From Candidatus Latescibacterota bacterium (GTDB lineage Bacteria; Latescibacterota; CBDEFO01), in NCBI GenBank assembly GCA_965248755.1, contig OZ252149.1, forward strand, positions 3,200,001 through 3,264,000: a DNA stretch of 64,000 nt, in the 5' to 3' direction. Under the pieces are notes generated by a model. That model was given only the letters and a program-made list of their open reading frames with translations. It was not told where the DNA came from and did no database searches. A program made the translations under genes and the position numbers. Of this stretch, positions 30,403 to 40,467 are shown piece by piece; within the stretch, counting starts at the first letter, position 1, and each line of letters begins with the position of its first letter.

Positions 30403-32085
30403 ATGATATATATGGCGAAAGACACTCTGTATGAAGAGGCCCCGTCGCGGGCTGAGAAGTTTGCCAAGAAGGTCGAACGTATGATTAGACCGCTGGCACT
30501 CAAGACCATCGAGTTTAGCCTGTTTGGAAAGGGTGCAGGGACAGATATATGGGAAATGCTCTGCGCAGCACTGAAGGGCGATTTGCAGACGATCCAGCAA
30601 CTCGTAGAGAAGAACCCCGACCTGGTGGAATGCCAATATAATTATACGCAGCCGATACACTTTGCCGTCAGAGAGGGCCACGTTGACGTGGTGAGCTACC
30701 TGCTTGAGCGCGGCGCCAATCCCTCCTATCGCACCTACTTCTATGGAGACTCGCTGTTGACCATGGCCCTCGACCGTGGCCATGATGCAGTTGTCCAGAT
30801 CCTCGAGGAAGCACTGCGGAAGCGGGACCAAGGGTTCTCATCCCAGGCTGCAGAGCTGATCGAAGCAGTGTCTGGTAGAGATTATGCGAATATCAGAGCG
30901 ATCCTTGGAGAATCACCCCAACTGGTGAATGCAAGTGATCTGAACGGGGAAACTCCGCTGCATCGGGCCGTCAAAATTGATGATTTCTACATGATCCGCT
31001 ACCTGATCGACAAGGGGGCGGATGTCAATGCCCAGCGCAGTGACGGGTTCAAACCCATCCACCTGGCGTTTTACCGCAACAACTATTGGGTGCGGAAAGA
31101 CAATTTGCTAATGGTGGGCTATCTGCTGGCTAAAGGTGCAGAGTATAACATTAATACTGCCGCGGCGCTGGGTGATCTCCAGCAGGTGCGAGAATTCCTG
31201 GAAGCCGATGCCTCTCTGGCAAACTTCAACGACTCTTGCAGAAAAAGGCCGATATCCGCAGCCGCAGAACGAGGGTACGCGGAGATCGTCAAGTTGCTTT
31301 TAGAACACGGGGCCGATCCCAATGAACCTGAGGCACAGGCTCCTAAAGGATATGCCCTCTGGGCTGCCGTAAGGGCTAATCAAATCGACATCGCCCGGAC
31401 ACTGCTCGAACACGGGGCCGATCCCAATGCCCACGTCGAATCATCTGGCCCTCCCCTGGAGCACGCCGAAGGCGACATGTACGAACTGCTCCGCGCGCAT
31501 GGAGCCGATGAGCCTCATCCCTTTTTCACTGCTGTATTAGATCACGATGTGGCTGCCGCCGAACAACTGCTCAAAGAAAATCCAGACCTCGTGAACCGGG
31601 ACGACTTACTCTGGGGTGAAGGCGTTATGACTTTGCCAGCTAAGCGGGCACAGTTCGACATGCTAAAGCTTCTCCGGCGCTACGGGGCTAGAGTGCCCGA
31701 TGTGAGCAAATGGGGCCAGTCCTACTATTTCAAGCACTACGATGTGGCCAAGTTTCTCCTTGAAAACGGCATGAATCCCAACCACAGGAACTGGCTTCAG
31801 ATCACGCTACTCCATGATATGGCGGCTGCCGGAAATATGGACAAGGCCAAACTTTTGCTCGATTGTGGTGCTGACATCAACCCCAGGGACGAGGAATATT
31901 GCTCCACACCACTCGGTTTTGCCGCCCGATGGGGCCGAAAGGAACTGGTCGAGTTCCTGCTCGAACGCGGCGCCGCAACAAACCTACCCGACGACGAGCC
32001 GTGGGCCACACCTCTGGCTTGGGCAGAAAAGAACGTCCACACCGAGATCGCTGAGATCCTGCGAAAGCACGGTGCTAACCGTTAG
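30403..32085 (+). CDS. ankyrin repeat protein (C-terminal part of the ECF fusion)
   Basis: Many TPLH/LLxxGA(D/N)xN repeats. Confidence 0.85.
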   Translation: MIYMAKDTLYEEAPSRAEKFAKKVERMIRPLALKTIEFSLFGKGAGTDIWEMLCAALKGDLQTIQQLVEKNPDLVECQYNYTQPIHFAVREGHVDVVSYLLERGANPSYRTYFYGDSLLTMALDRGHDAVVQILEEALRKRDQGFSSQAAELIEAVSGRDYANIRAILGESPQLVNASDLNGETPLHRAVKIDDFYMIRYLIDKGADVNAQRSDGFKPIHLAFYRNNYWVRKDNLLMVGYLLAKGAEYNINTAAALGDLQQVREFLEADASLANFNDSCRKRPISAAAERGYAEIVKLLLEHGADPNEPEAQAPKGYALWAAVRANQIDIARTLLEHGADPNAHVESSGPPLEHAEGDMYELLRAHGADEPHPFFTAVLDHDVAAAEQLLKENPDLVNRDDLLWGEGVMTLPAKRAQFDMLKLLRRYGARVPDVSKWGQSYYFKHYDVAKFLLENGMNPNHRNWLQITLLHDMAAAGNMDKAKLLLDCGADINPRDEEYCSTPLGFAARWGRKELVEFLLERGAATNLPDDEPWATPLAWAEKNVHTEIAEILRKHGANR

Positions 32086-32118
32086 ATGTTCCTTCTGCAG
32101 GGTGCTAACAATCACTTA

Positions 32119-33574
32119 TTAGCCTTTTATAAGTATCCACACATACCACAATCCGACTCCAATATATATCGCCGTGACTATAAACATCATAGTCCTGACT
32201 GCCCAGTTTGGCTTCACCCATGCGGGGAAGGCTTTAGGCAACATATAGATGTTCAGATATATCAGAGCGGGACAGTATATGCCCATCGAGAGGAAGGCGA
32301 TCACCCTCTATATGATTATCAGGGCCCCGGGCTGTGCAAGGAGCATGGTTATGGCAGTCAGGACGGTAAAGAGGACTACGAACATGTAGTACCACGTCCT
32401 GAAGTGGAATCTTTTGGCCCACTGGAAGTTGGAGAAGAAGTAGTCCGCCTGTATTCTGGAATACCCATCTGTAAGTTGAAGCCACGCATCGCACAGGAAG
32501 ACGGCAGCTACTACGAGGAAGATGGCCTTGCCGATTGGTCCCCAGGCGACCTCGAAGAAGGCCTATTGAACTACAGCTATCTGCCAGCCCTCAGGCACTT
32601 TGCCTTCGGGCATAAGGAGCGCCCATGCGAGCCAGCACATAAATACCGTAGTTATAAGGTTTAGAATAACTCCTAGTCCATTCTCAAACGATAGGTATCT
32701 GACAAAGCCTCGGTAGTTCTTCCTGTTCTCCTGCGTATCGGAAAAGGCGTACCCTGTGGAGGGTATAGATTCTGCCTCCCCTGTGATAGGACTTGTGACC
32801 CTGCCTATGTATTTACCCATTCCCACGCCCTTATCCCTCATCCAGTAGGCGAAGAAGAACTGTCCAAATCCCCCGGCTCCTGCAAAGGCTATAGCTGTGA
32901 TGATCACATTTGTATCTGCCGCTTCCCAGTTGTCGGGGACATAAAAGTAGGGTTTTATGAGCGCACTGAAGAACTCTCCACCAACCGCCAAGACCTTGGA
33001 TTGCAGAACGGCCGCAATGACTCCACCGATGAGTTATGACTACGATAGCTATGGTGAATCTTTCTATTACCTTATAGACCACTTTTCTAAAGAAGAGCGC
33101 AATGAGATACACAGCTATAGTGAGGTATCCCCAAAAGAGGGATTGTCCCCTTTGAGACCATTCCGAAGGCAGCCCGGTAAGCTCAGCAAGGGCGGTGCCA
33201 CCAGCGGAGGCGTACGCCCCGAACCAGACGTTTTCTATGAAGATGCCGATCCAGATCAACGTGGCGTACCACTTGCCTATCCTGCTGAATCCCGCCATCA
33301 TCGTCTCGCCTGTGGCAGCGGTGTACCTTATGATCTCCAAATTGACCCAGAATTGGAGAAGAGAAGCGGGGATCAGGAGTCCCAGAAATGCCGCGCCGTA
33401 TTTAGCGGTAAGGTATGGCCACCATATAAGCTCTCCGCTACCCTGGGCCAGTCGTGCCCACACGATTCCAGGGCCTAAATAGGAAAATAACCCCATAGAC
33501 ATCGGGACAGGGAGTATCTTGAGCGGACCTGTTTTTCAGAGTGTTATTTCACCTCTGTTCTCTTGTTGCGGCAT
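32119..33574 (-). pseudogene. Nramp-like membrane transporter with several lesions
   Basis: LGPG..GSGELIWWP..ATGE motif; TGA at 33536, TAG at 32563 and frameshifts. Confidence 0.75.
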
Positions 33575-33575
33575 T

Positions 33576-34103
33576 TTATCTCCTTAATTTAATCCAATCC
33601 AAGAGAGCCTGCTCGGTGCTCTTGAAGGCTATCTGATCCCAGGGCACATTAGCAGGCTGGAACTTTCCGATCTCCAGACACTCAGGCCCTGCTTCGATAT
33701 TGCCTCCTACAGCTTCAGCAATATAAACGATAACGACAACTGGATTGTTGGGATAGGAGTACACTCCTAAAAGAGACGTTATCCGAACGTCTATATTTGC
33801 TTCTTCCTTCGTCTCTCTGATTGCGGAGGTTTCGGTACCTTCTCCTCTGTCGACGTATCCTCCGGGGAACGTCCACTTTCCCAGCACAGGTTCTATACCG
33901 CGCCTTACCAGGATAATTTCTCCGTCATCCTCAACGAGGGCGCACGACGCGACCTTGGGATCAAGGTAGACTGTGCCACCGCAGAGCTTGCAGACGGGTC
34001 GTTCTACCCCCGCTATCGTCCCTTTTTGCATCTTCCCTCCGCATTCGGGGCAAAAATTGTATTGGCTTATCATATACTTTGCCTTGAGATAACATTTAGA
34101 CAT
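33576..34103 (-). CDS. NUDIX hydrolase with zinc ribbon
   Basis: FCPECG..CKLCG and GGYVDRGE..RETKEE motifs. Confidence 0.9.
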   Translation of the reverse strand: MSKCYLKAKYMISQYNFCPECGGKMQKGTIAGVERPVCKLCGGTVYLDPKVASCALVEDDGEIILVRRGIEPVLGKWTFPGGYVDRGEGTETSAIRETKEEANIDVRITSLLGVYSYPNNPVVVIVYIAEAVGGNIEAGPECLEIGKFQPANVPWDQIAFKSTEQALLDWIKLRR

Positions 34104-34260
34104 TAAGGGTTATTAACCATAAAGCAGAAGAGATTGGTTCCGCTTCGCGTCTTTTCGGAGTTTTGGCACCTCACATTAAGGAAGAGAGCATCAGCCTTTA
34201 GTCATTGCAAGCGCTACCGATTGAACCCCCGATAGAATCATTCGGGGGCGGGCCTCGCCC

Positions 34261-35316
34261 CTACGTTCCATCTACTAATGTTGATCGGAGTATCTCCACC
34301 TGAAGTCTCATATTCTTCAGCGCTCTTTCGCCAGCTGAGGGAATTTCTAGCTCTTCTGTTGTGACAGAATTTACGAAATCAAAGATCAGCATGTGCAAAA
34401 GGTCGTCGAATACCTCATCCTTTCCCCCATAATTCAAGACTGATTTATAGACTCCGCCCACATCTTTCGTTCCTATGTCCACGATGAATCCGTTGACGCC
34501 GAACTTTCTCCTGAGTTCGCCATCTGTTCTATTTCTGAGCATACTCTTTCTGAGCATAATCTCAACAGAACAGCGCCACGGGATGGTCGCATGATTCGCG
34601 GTGGTCGCACCACCTTGAGGTCCGACCCAGTCAAAGTTTGTGATATTCTCAGTCTTTCTTACCGTACTTCTTAGCGTCTGCGGATCTATCTTGCCGTCGG
34701 ACATGAGCGTCAGCAAAAGGCTCAAAGCATGCGGCATAAGGTCAACGAGTATATCTTCATAACTGCAGTTTACAGTGTCGCCCCTTGACTCTAATTCTAC
34801 ATAGAATCTTTCTATATTTTCAAGGTTTCCCATTTCTCTTTCATATATCTCTTTATAGTTTCGGGGAAGAGCGACATATTGTGTGGAAACGCCTACAGTC
34901 AAAGCTTTTTCCTCTGCTGATCTTACCATCTCCTCTCCGTCTGAGAGTATCTGTTCAAACGACTTGTTCCGATCCCAGGTCAGCGGTTTTTCACAGAGGA
35001 CACAAGCCCCAGCTTCCAGGCTCTTGAGAGTATGTTCTTTATGTAGACGATAGGGAGAACAGACCCCTACTATATCCGGTTTCTGGTCATTTAACATCTC
35101 ATCTACATCCCAGTAAGCCACTCCCTGGAAGCCGAAGAGATCATGGAGTACGGACGCCGTATTCTGTGTCCTCCTTCGGGATGTACCCACAAAGGCGACC
35201 ACATCACATCCGACCAAGTTGTACCACTTTGCGTGGTGCTTTCCAATTCCCCTTGCCCCTACTATGGCTACTTTAGTCTTCAATTGTATCACCTTGTTGA
35301 AAATCGTATGCTGCAA
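34261..35316 (-). CDS. Gfo/Idh/MocA oxidoreductase
   Basis: IVGARGIG and VLCEKPL motifs. Confidence 0.85.
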   Translation of the reverse strand: MQHTIFNKVIQLKTKVAIVGARGIGKHHAKWYNLVGCDVVAFVGTSRRRTQNTASVLHDLFGFQGVAYWDVDEMLNDQKPDIVGVCSPYRLHKEHTLKSLEAGACVLCEKPLTWDRNKSFEQILSDGEEMVRSAEEKALTVGVSTQYVALPRNYKEIYEREMGNLENIERFYVELESRGDTVNCSYEDILVDLMPHALSLLLTLMSDGKIDPQTLRSTVRKTENITNFDWVGPQGGATTANHATIPWRCSVEIMLRKSMLRNRTDGELRRKFGVNGFIVDIGTKDVGGVYKSVLNYGGKDEVFDDLLHMLIFDFVNSVTTEELEIPSAGERALKNMRLQVEILRSTLVDGT

Positions 35317-35455
35317 TCAAAAAGGTCAGAAGAATATAGCAAAAACCTGCTTTCAGTCAAGAAATTATTTGGCAGAGTTACAAAGTTCCTGTGGGGAGCA
35401 AAAAAGTAGTTGTATCATCCCCACATTATTGCTATCTTGATCGTAATACACTTAA

Positions 35456-35686
35456 CCCGAATAATTCACAAAAAAGGCCGTGTATTAATTAAGGGATTGT
35501 ATTATATTATAGTTATGCGGTTTAACCACCTTCGGTGTCATTGCGAGCCGAAGGCGAAGCAATCCCCCCGATAGATTTAATCGGGGGTTACTGTGGTAGA
35601 TGTAATACTCTCCGTCTCTCATAGAAGACCACTATAAGACCTTGAGATTGCTTCCCCGATAGACTCAATCGGGGTTTGGCAATGAC
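35456..35686. mobile_element. MITE copy 2 (right TIR missing) containing two micro-hairpins
   Basis: TTAA-CCCGAATAATTCA left end; collinear with 43666-43888. Confidence 0.72.
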
Positions 35687-35723
35687 AGCTACCTACTCTT
35701 TCCTAATCTACAGGGAGATGCTA

Positions 35724-36437
35724 ATGGATCTTAAAGGTAGAATTGTTATAATAACCGGAGGGACGGGCAATTTGGGAAAGGCGGTAACTGAGGCCTTCTT
35801 AGATTCTGGAGCGAAAACTGTAGTGACATATATCATAGATGAAGAGGCAGTGGATTTGCGTTCTAATCTTGAGCATATGGAAAATCATCCTATGATTGTG
35901 AAGGTGGATGTCCTATCGCCGGAAAGTCTACTGGAGATAGTAGAAGAGGTCCTGGATAAGTTCGGGAGGATAGATGCACTTGTGCATTTAGTGGGGGGCT
36001 TCAGAGGGGATAATCCTGTGGTAGAGATGTCACAGGACGATTGGGATAGTATGTTGAATCTGAATCTGAAGTCGGCCTTCCTGTGCGCAAATGCAGTTTT
36101 ACCGGCAATGATAGGGCAAGAAAGCGGCAGGATCACGATGATTTCGTCTAAAGCGGCAGAACAGCCATTTGTCGGAGCTTCGGCTTACTCTGTGGCTAAG
36201 GCGGGAATTATAACGTTGGTCAGAACCATAGCTGATGAGGTAAAAGACAGCGGCATTACCGCAAACTGCGTTATGCCCAGCATTATAGACACAGAGCAGA
36301 ATAGAAGATCTATGCCGAAGGCCGATTTCGACAAGTGGGTCAAACCGGAAGACCTCGCTCGTGTTCTCCTGTTCTTGTCATCAGACGCATCGAAAGACAT
36401 AAATGGCGCTTCGATCCCCGTCTACGGGAGGGTCTGA
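35724..36437 (+). CDS. short-chain dehydrogenase/reductase
   Basis: TGGTGNLG and YSVAK motifs. Confidence 0.92.
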   Translation: MDLKGRIVIITGGTGNLGKAVTEAFLDSGAKTVVTYIIDEEAVDLRSNLEHMENHPMIVKVDVLSPESLLEIVEEVLDKFGRIDALVHLVGGFRGDNPVVEMSQDDWDSMLNLNLKSAFLCANAVLPAMIGQESGRITMISSKAAEQPFVGASAYSVAKAGIITLVRTIADEVKDSGITANCVMPSIIDTEQNRRSMPKADFDKWVKPEDLARVLLFLSSDASKDINGASIPVYGRV

Positions 36438-36463
36438 CAAGATAAGTAGACAGTAGTCAGTAG

Positions 36464-36486
36464 CCCCCGATAGGTTCAATCGGGGG
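36464..36486. repeat. 23-bp micro-hairpin flanked by TAG on both sides
   Basis: cagTAG[cccccgataggttcaatcggggg]TAGacaggg; compare the empty site cagtagacaggg at about 36523. Confidence 0.85.
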
Positions 36487-36575
36487 TAGACAGGGAAAGG
36501 CAAGGGCAGACGTGCCCGGAAGACAGTAGACAGGGCAACTCCTCCCACCCCGGTATGCTGACGAGGAACAGCACG

Positions 36576-37577
36576 TTAATCTTGAAACGCCTCTGAATCG
36601 GACAACGAACCTGAAATATCCAGATCTGGCATTGAGGTTGAGTTTCGCTCCCTCAGTATGTCTCGTCCCGATCTAACCGCTCGGTATCCGAATCGCTCTC
36701 GCAGAGAATCGACTGCTCCTTGAAAGCGCTCCTTTTTTTCAGTTTCGTTATCCCACAAGCTCAACTGGCGGGCTGCAGGGCTCAGGTTGCCGGCACCTAC
36801 ACCCAAGAGTCGCACAGCCTGTCCTGGACTCCAGAGCTTTTCAAAGAGACCCATCGCCTCACTGTAAATCCTAAAGTCCAGATCGGTCGGCTCTCTCAAT
36901 GCAACTTGCCGCGTTAAGGTGGTAAAATCGGGCCAGCGCAACTTCAACGTGACTTTGCGGCAACTTACGCCCTTCCACCTAAGTCTCCTTCCCACTACCT
37001 CAGACAAGACAAAGAGAGTTCCCTGGAGTACATCCCTGTCAGGAACGTCGTGTGAGAAGGTTGTCTCCTTGCTCATAGACTTTTCTTCCCTTGTGGTTTC
37101 AACAGGGCTGTCGTCGATGCCTCGTGCATAGAGCGCTAACCTCCAACCGTTCACCCCAAAACGCCGACCGAAGTATTCCTCAGGCCATCTGGCAAGATCC
37201 CCTATGGTGCTGAACCCAAGTTTTCGCAGGTAACGGGCTGTTTTTGTTCCGACCCCCCACAGCGCACTGATTGGAAGAGGTGCAAGGAAGGCCGCCTCCT
37301 GACCAGGCGGCACCACCGTAATGGCATTGGGTGGTTCGACCATTCCCTGCGGACCGTTCGTCTGAACCGATGCTTTACCGACATTGTTAGCGATCTTTGT
37401 AACTATCTTGTTGGTAGCAGCGCCCAATGAACATGGTAATCCAATGTTGTCCCGGATTGAGGTCTGTAATTTCCGAGCTAACACTCCTGCCGGCTCTGCG
37501 CTATGTGATAAATCCAGAAACGCTTCATCTACCGAAAATTTCTCAACAACTGGCGTCAATGCATACAGATGCTCAAT
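36576..37577 (-). pseudogene. dinB: DNA polymerase IV, 3' part
   Basis: FSVDEAFLD, LWGVG, KSMSKETTF and VRLLGV motifs; rejoins in frame with 41836-42107. Confidence 0.9.
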
Positions 37578-39203
37578 CCCCCATTCGCCATATTAGACCC
37601 GAAAAATGGTTGTCAAAGTCGCCAGAACATGTTATATTACAATAAATAAGACTCATAAATGGCGGATAAATATTGATCATCCAGAGGGTGAAAGAATGAA
37701 AGTAGGTTTTGATGGAGGAATAAAGCTTGAATTTCATGGTGCAAAGGTGACATCAAACGGTGGACTTCTTGCGTATCGTGACCTTGATTACGCACTGGGA
37801 TTATTTGATTCGGTATCAGCGGTTTTTACCGATAAACGCACAGGCCGTAATATCCAACATGATATATCTACTCTCCTGCGTCAATCGATATACAGCCGTC
37901 TTGCAGGATATGAAGATGTAAATGACGCCGAGCGATTATCCGTTGATCCCGTCATGCGAGCGATTACCGGAAAGAAGGACAAAGGCAGGCAAGCTGCCAG
38001 CTCCAACACGATAGGACGTTTTGAAACTGATATACTGACTCAGCATGACAATCTCAGAAACTTGTCAGATATCAATGGCAAGTGGGTTCAAAAAGCGATG
38101 AGTAAAACACAGCATCAACGAATCATTCTGGACATGGACAGTTCGGAGAGTCCGGTACATGGCCAGCAGGAAGGATCAGCTTACAACGGTCATTTCGGAT
38201 GTACCTGTTTTCATCCAGTGTTCTGCTTCAATCAGTTCGGGGATTGTGAAGGAGTCCTACTTCGCTCTGGTAATGTTCACAGTGCTGATCGTTGGAAGGA
38301 AGTTCTGGAACCGATCGTCAAGAGATACGAGAGCAAGAAGAATAGGAAATACTTTCGAGGCGATGCTGCATTCGCAAAGCCTGAGATTTATGATTATCTG
38401 GAGGGAAACGGCTATTTGTATGCCATTCGGTTTCCCGCAAATGAGATACTCTATGAAAAGATACGATACCTGCTGACTCGGCCAGTTGGACGACCGCCGA
38501 GGAAACCGATTGTATCGTTATATGAATTTCAATATAAAGCGGCCAGTTGGGATCAATCGAGGCGAGTGGTCGCCAAGGTTGAATGGCACCAAGGGGAGTT
38601 ATTCCCAAGAGTGGGATTTATCGTGACCAACATGAGCGCCAAGCCAGAAGGCGTGGTACACTTCTACAATGGCCGTGGCAGAGCTGAGCAGTGGATTAAG
38701 GAGGGCAAGTATGCTCTGAACTGGACCCGACTCTCATGCAAGCGTTTCGTCTCCAATCAGGTGAGGCTCTGGCTGTTTGTTCTGGCTTACAACTTGGGCA
38801 ACTTCCTGCGACGTTTTGTTCTTCCGAAGAAAATCAAACACTGGTCACTACGCAGCCTCCTCGTGAAATTTATCAAAATCGGAGCGAAGATTGTCAGACA
38901 CAGCGGATATATTACGTTTCAAATGGCTGAGGTTGGGATAGACAAGAGGTTATTTGCCGAAATATTATCCCGGATTGAACGATTGCGATGTTATTCTGTT
39001 TAAACTGCCACATTTTTTTGTGAGTCGATGGAGAGGTGTCTCTAATTGGAGGATTTAAACACAAAGAAAGTGATAATTCAGAGGAAAATACTATTTTAAT
39101 TGAAAAAAGTACTTGTTGAAAAATGTAAAAGTGGTAATATTAATTCAGAAACAAGAATGTATCGAAATATAATCCCTCATGAATGTGATATGGGGAATGT
39201 CGG
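37578..39203 (+). mobile_element. IS1380-family insertion sequence
   Basis: IRL CCCCCATTCGCCATAT and IRR (reverse complement) CCGACATTCCCCATAT, 13/16 match; intact transposase. Confidence 0.92.
37606..39003 (+). CDS. IS1380 transposase (start uncertain)
   Basis: AGYEDVND, LDMDSS, RGDAAF and YNGRGRAEQWIKEGK motifs. Confidence 0.94.
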   Translation: MVVKVARTCYITINKTHKWRINIDHPEGERMKVGFDGGIKLEFHGAKVTSNGGLLAYRDLDYALGLFDSVSAVFTDKRTGRNIQHDISTLLRQSIYSRLAGYEDVNDAERLSVDPVMRAITGKKDKGRQAASSNTIGRFETDILTQHDNLRNLSDINGKWVQKAMSKTQHQRIILDMDSSESPVHGQQEGSAYNGHFGCTCFHPVFCFNQFGDCEGVLLRSGNVHSADRWKEVLEPIVKRYESKKNRKYFRGDAAFAKPEIYDYLEGNGYLYAIRFPANEILYEKIRYLLTRPVGRPPRKPIVSLYEFQYKAASWDQSRRVVAKVEWHQGELFPRVGFIVTNMSAKPEGVVHFYNGRGRAEQWIKEGKYALNWTRLSCKRFVSNQVRLWLFVLAYNLGNFLRRFVLPKKIKHWSLRSLLVKFIKIGAKIVRHSGYITFQMAEVGIDKRLFAEILSRIERLRCYSV

Positions 39204-39654
39204 TTGTACTCTATCTTGAATTTATAAAAACTCAAAAAAGTTTTGGATGTTTTGTCTCTCTCACGTATCTATAATACGACAGTGATATAAATTTCTCATA
39301 AAGTATTTGTAAAATAGTTGACAAATACTAAATATATGTAAAATAAATAAGATATGTCATCAAAGAAAGCTTGACAAAGCTTGGGAATTGTACTATACGT
39401 ATAACAGTTACTAACATTATCCTGATTAAGCAAAGAACTTGATGACTTCTATGCGGTGTCTTTCACGAATTCTACGTAACAGCTATAGGTAGTCCTAATT
39501 TGTTTGCTGAAAAGATACTGCTATTAACTTAAAGAACTTTCATGCCGGAAGGGGAAATAGTTTCAGGCAAAGGAAAGGAGGGAGCGAAACATCAGAAAAG
39601 AGCTCCTGTATAGCAGTTGATGGCATTGTTCTTGTAAGGAGGTGATGAAACAAA

Positions 39655-40287
39655 ATGAGAGGACGAGCAGTGAAACCTTCCACGGTTCTGGCTACGATAA
39701 CTTTCGTTATCTTGGGTATCGCTGCACAAATACACGCCCAGGTGTCCGCCCCAATTATCACTAATTACGTCAGAGCGGTTGCAGTCGAACCCGGAGGGAA
39801 CGCGGTCTATGTGGGTTTATACATTGCAAGGCGTATGGTCCGATTCGCATCAGAGGACGTGGGAAACGCCGACCCGCGCTCTTTGACCATAGCGATAGCC
39901 GCCAAGGACGCCTTTGACTTTCTCGGCTCCCCCGAGGGTGAACTTGCGCTCGCTCAAGCGGCAGTCTACCTTGCCACAGCCCCTAAGAGCAATTCTGTAT
40001 ACTCCGCATATCAGATGGCCCAGGAAGACGTCCAAAAAAGTCCCTCTTTGCCCGTCCCTCTCCACATTCGCAACGCCCCTACGCAACTTATGAAAGAACT
40101 CGGATACGGAAAGGGCTACAAATACGCCCACGATTCTGAGGAAAGCTACATAGCTCAGGAATATCTGCCCGACAATCTGGCAGGTGCCAAGTACTACTAC
40201 CCCACAGAACACGGATACGAAAAGAAGATAACGGAAATGATGAAATGGTGGGAGAGCCTTAAGCAGTCAGTAGACAGGAGTCAGTAG
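39655..40287 (+). CDS. chimeric ORF: secreted-protein N-terminus fused to the RarA/MgsA C-terminal domain
   Basis: Signal-peptide-like N-terminus; from 39816 LYIARRMVRFASEDVGNADP..PKSN..HIRNAPT..GYKYAHD. Confidence 0.75.
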   Translation: MRGRAVKPSTVLATITFVILGIAAQIHAQVSAPIITNYVRAVAVEPGGNAVYVGLYIARRMVRFASEDVGNADPRSLTIAIAAKDAFDFLGSPEGELALAQAAVYLATAPKSNSVYSAYQMAQEDVQKSPSLPVPLHIRNAPTQLMKELGYGKGYKYAHDSEESYIAQEYLPDNLAGAKYYYPTEHGYEKKITEMMKWWESLKQSVDRSQ

Positions 40288-40467
40288 CCCCCGATTGAAT
40301 CTATCGGGGCTAGACAGGGCACCGCCTACCATCCCCCTTTCCTAAGAAGACATCAGTTTTTCCTCTTCAACTTTCGCAGGAAATTGTAGGGGCGAGGTCC
40401 CCTCGCGCCAAGGACTGGGTCTCCCAGCCCCTACGAAACGTTGCTTGGAACAGGAGCACGAGGTAAA

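Noticed and set aside
4668..33538. Pyrrolysine or stop-codon reassignment suggested by in-frame TAG (4668, 30029, 32563) and TGA (6192, 33536)
   Set aside because: TAG and TGA terminate intact genes here (fhs, gcvPA, queA). The stops replace different expected residues, and most of these genes have other lesions as well.
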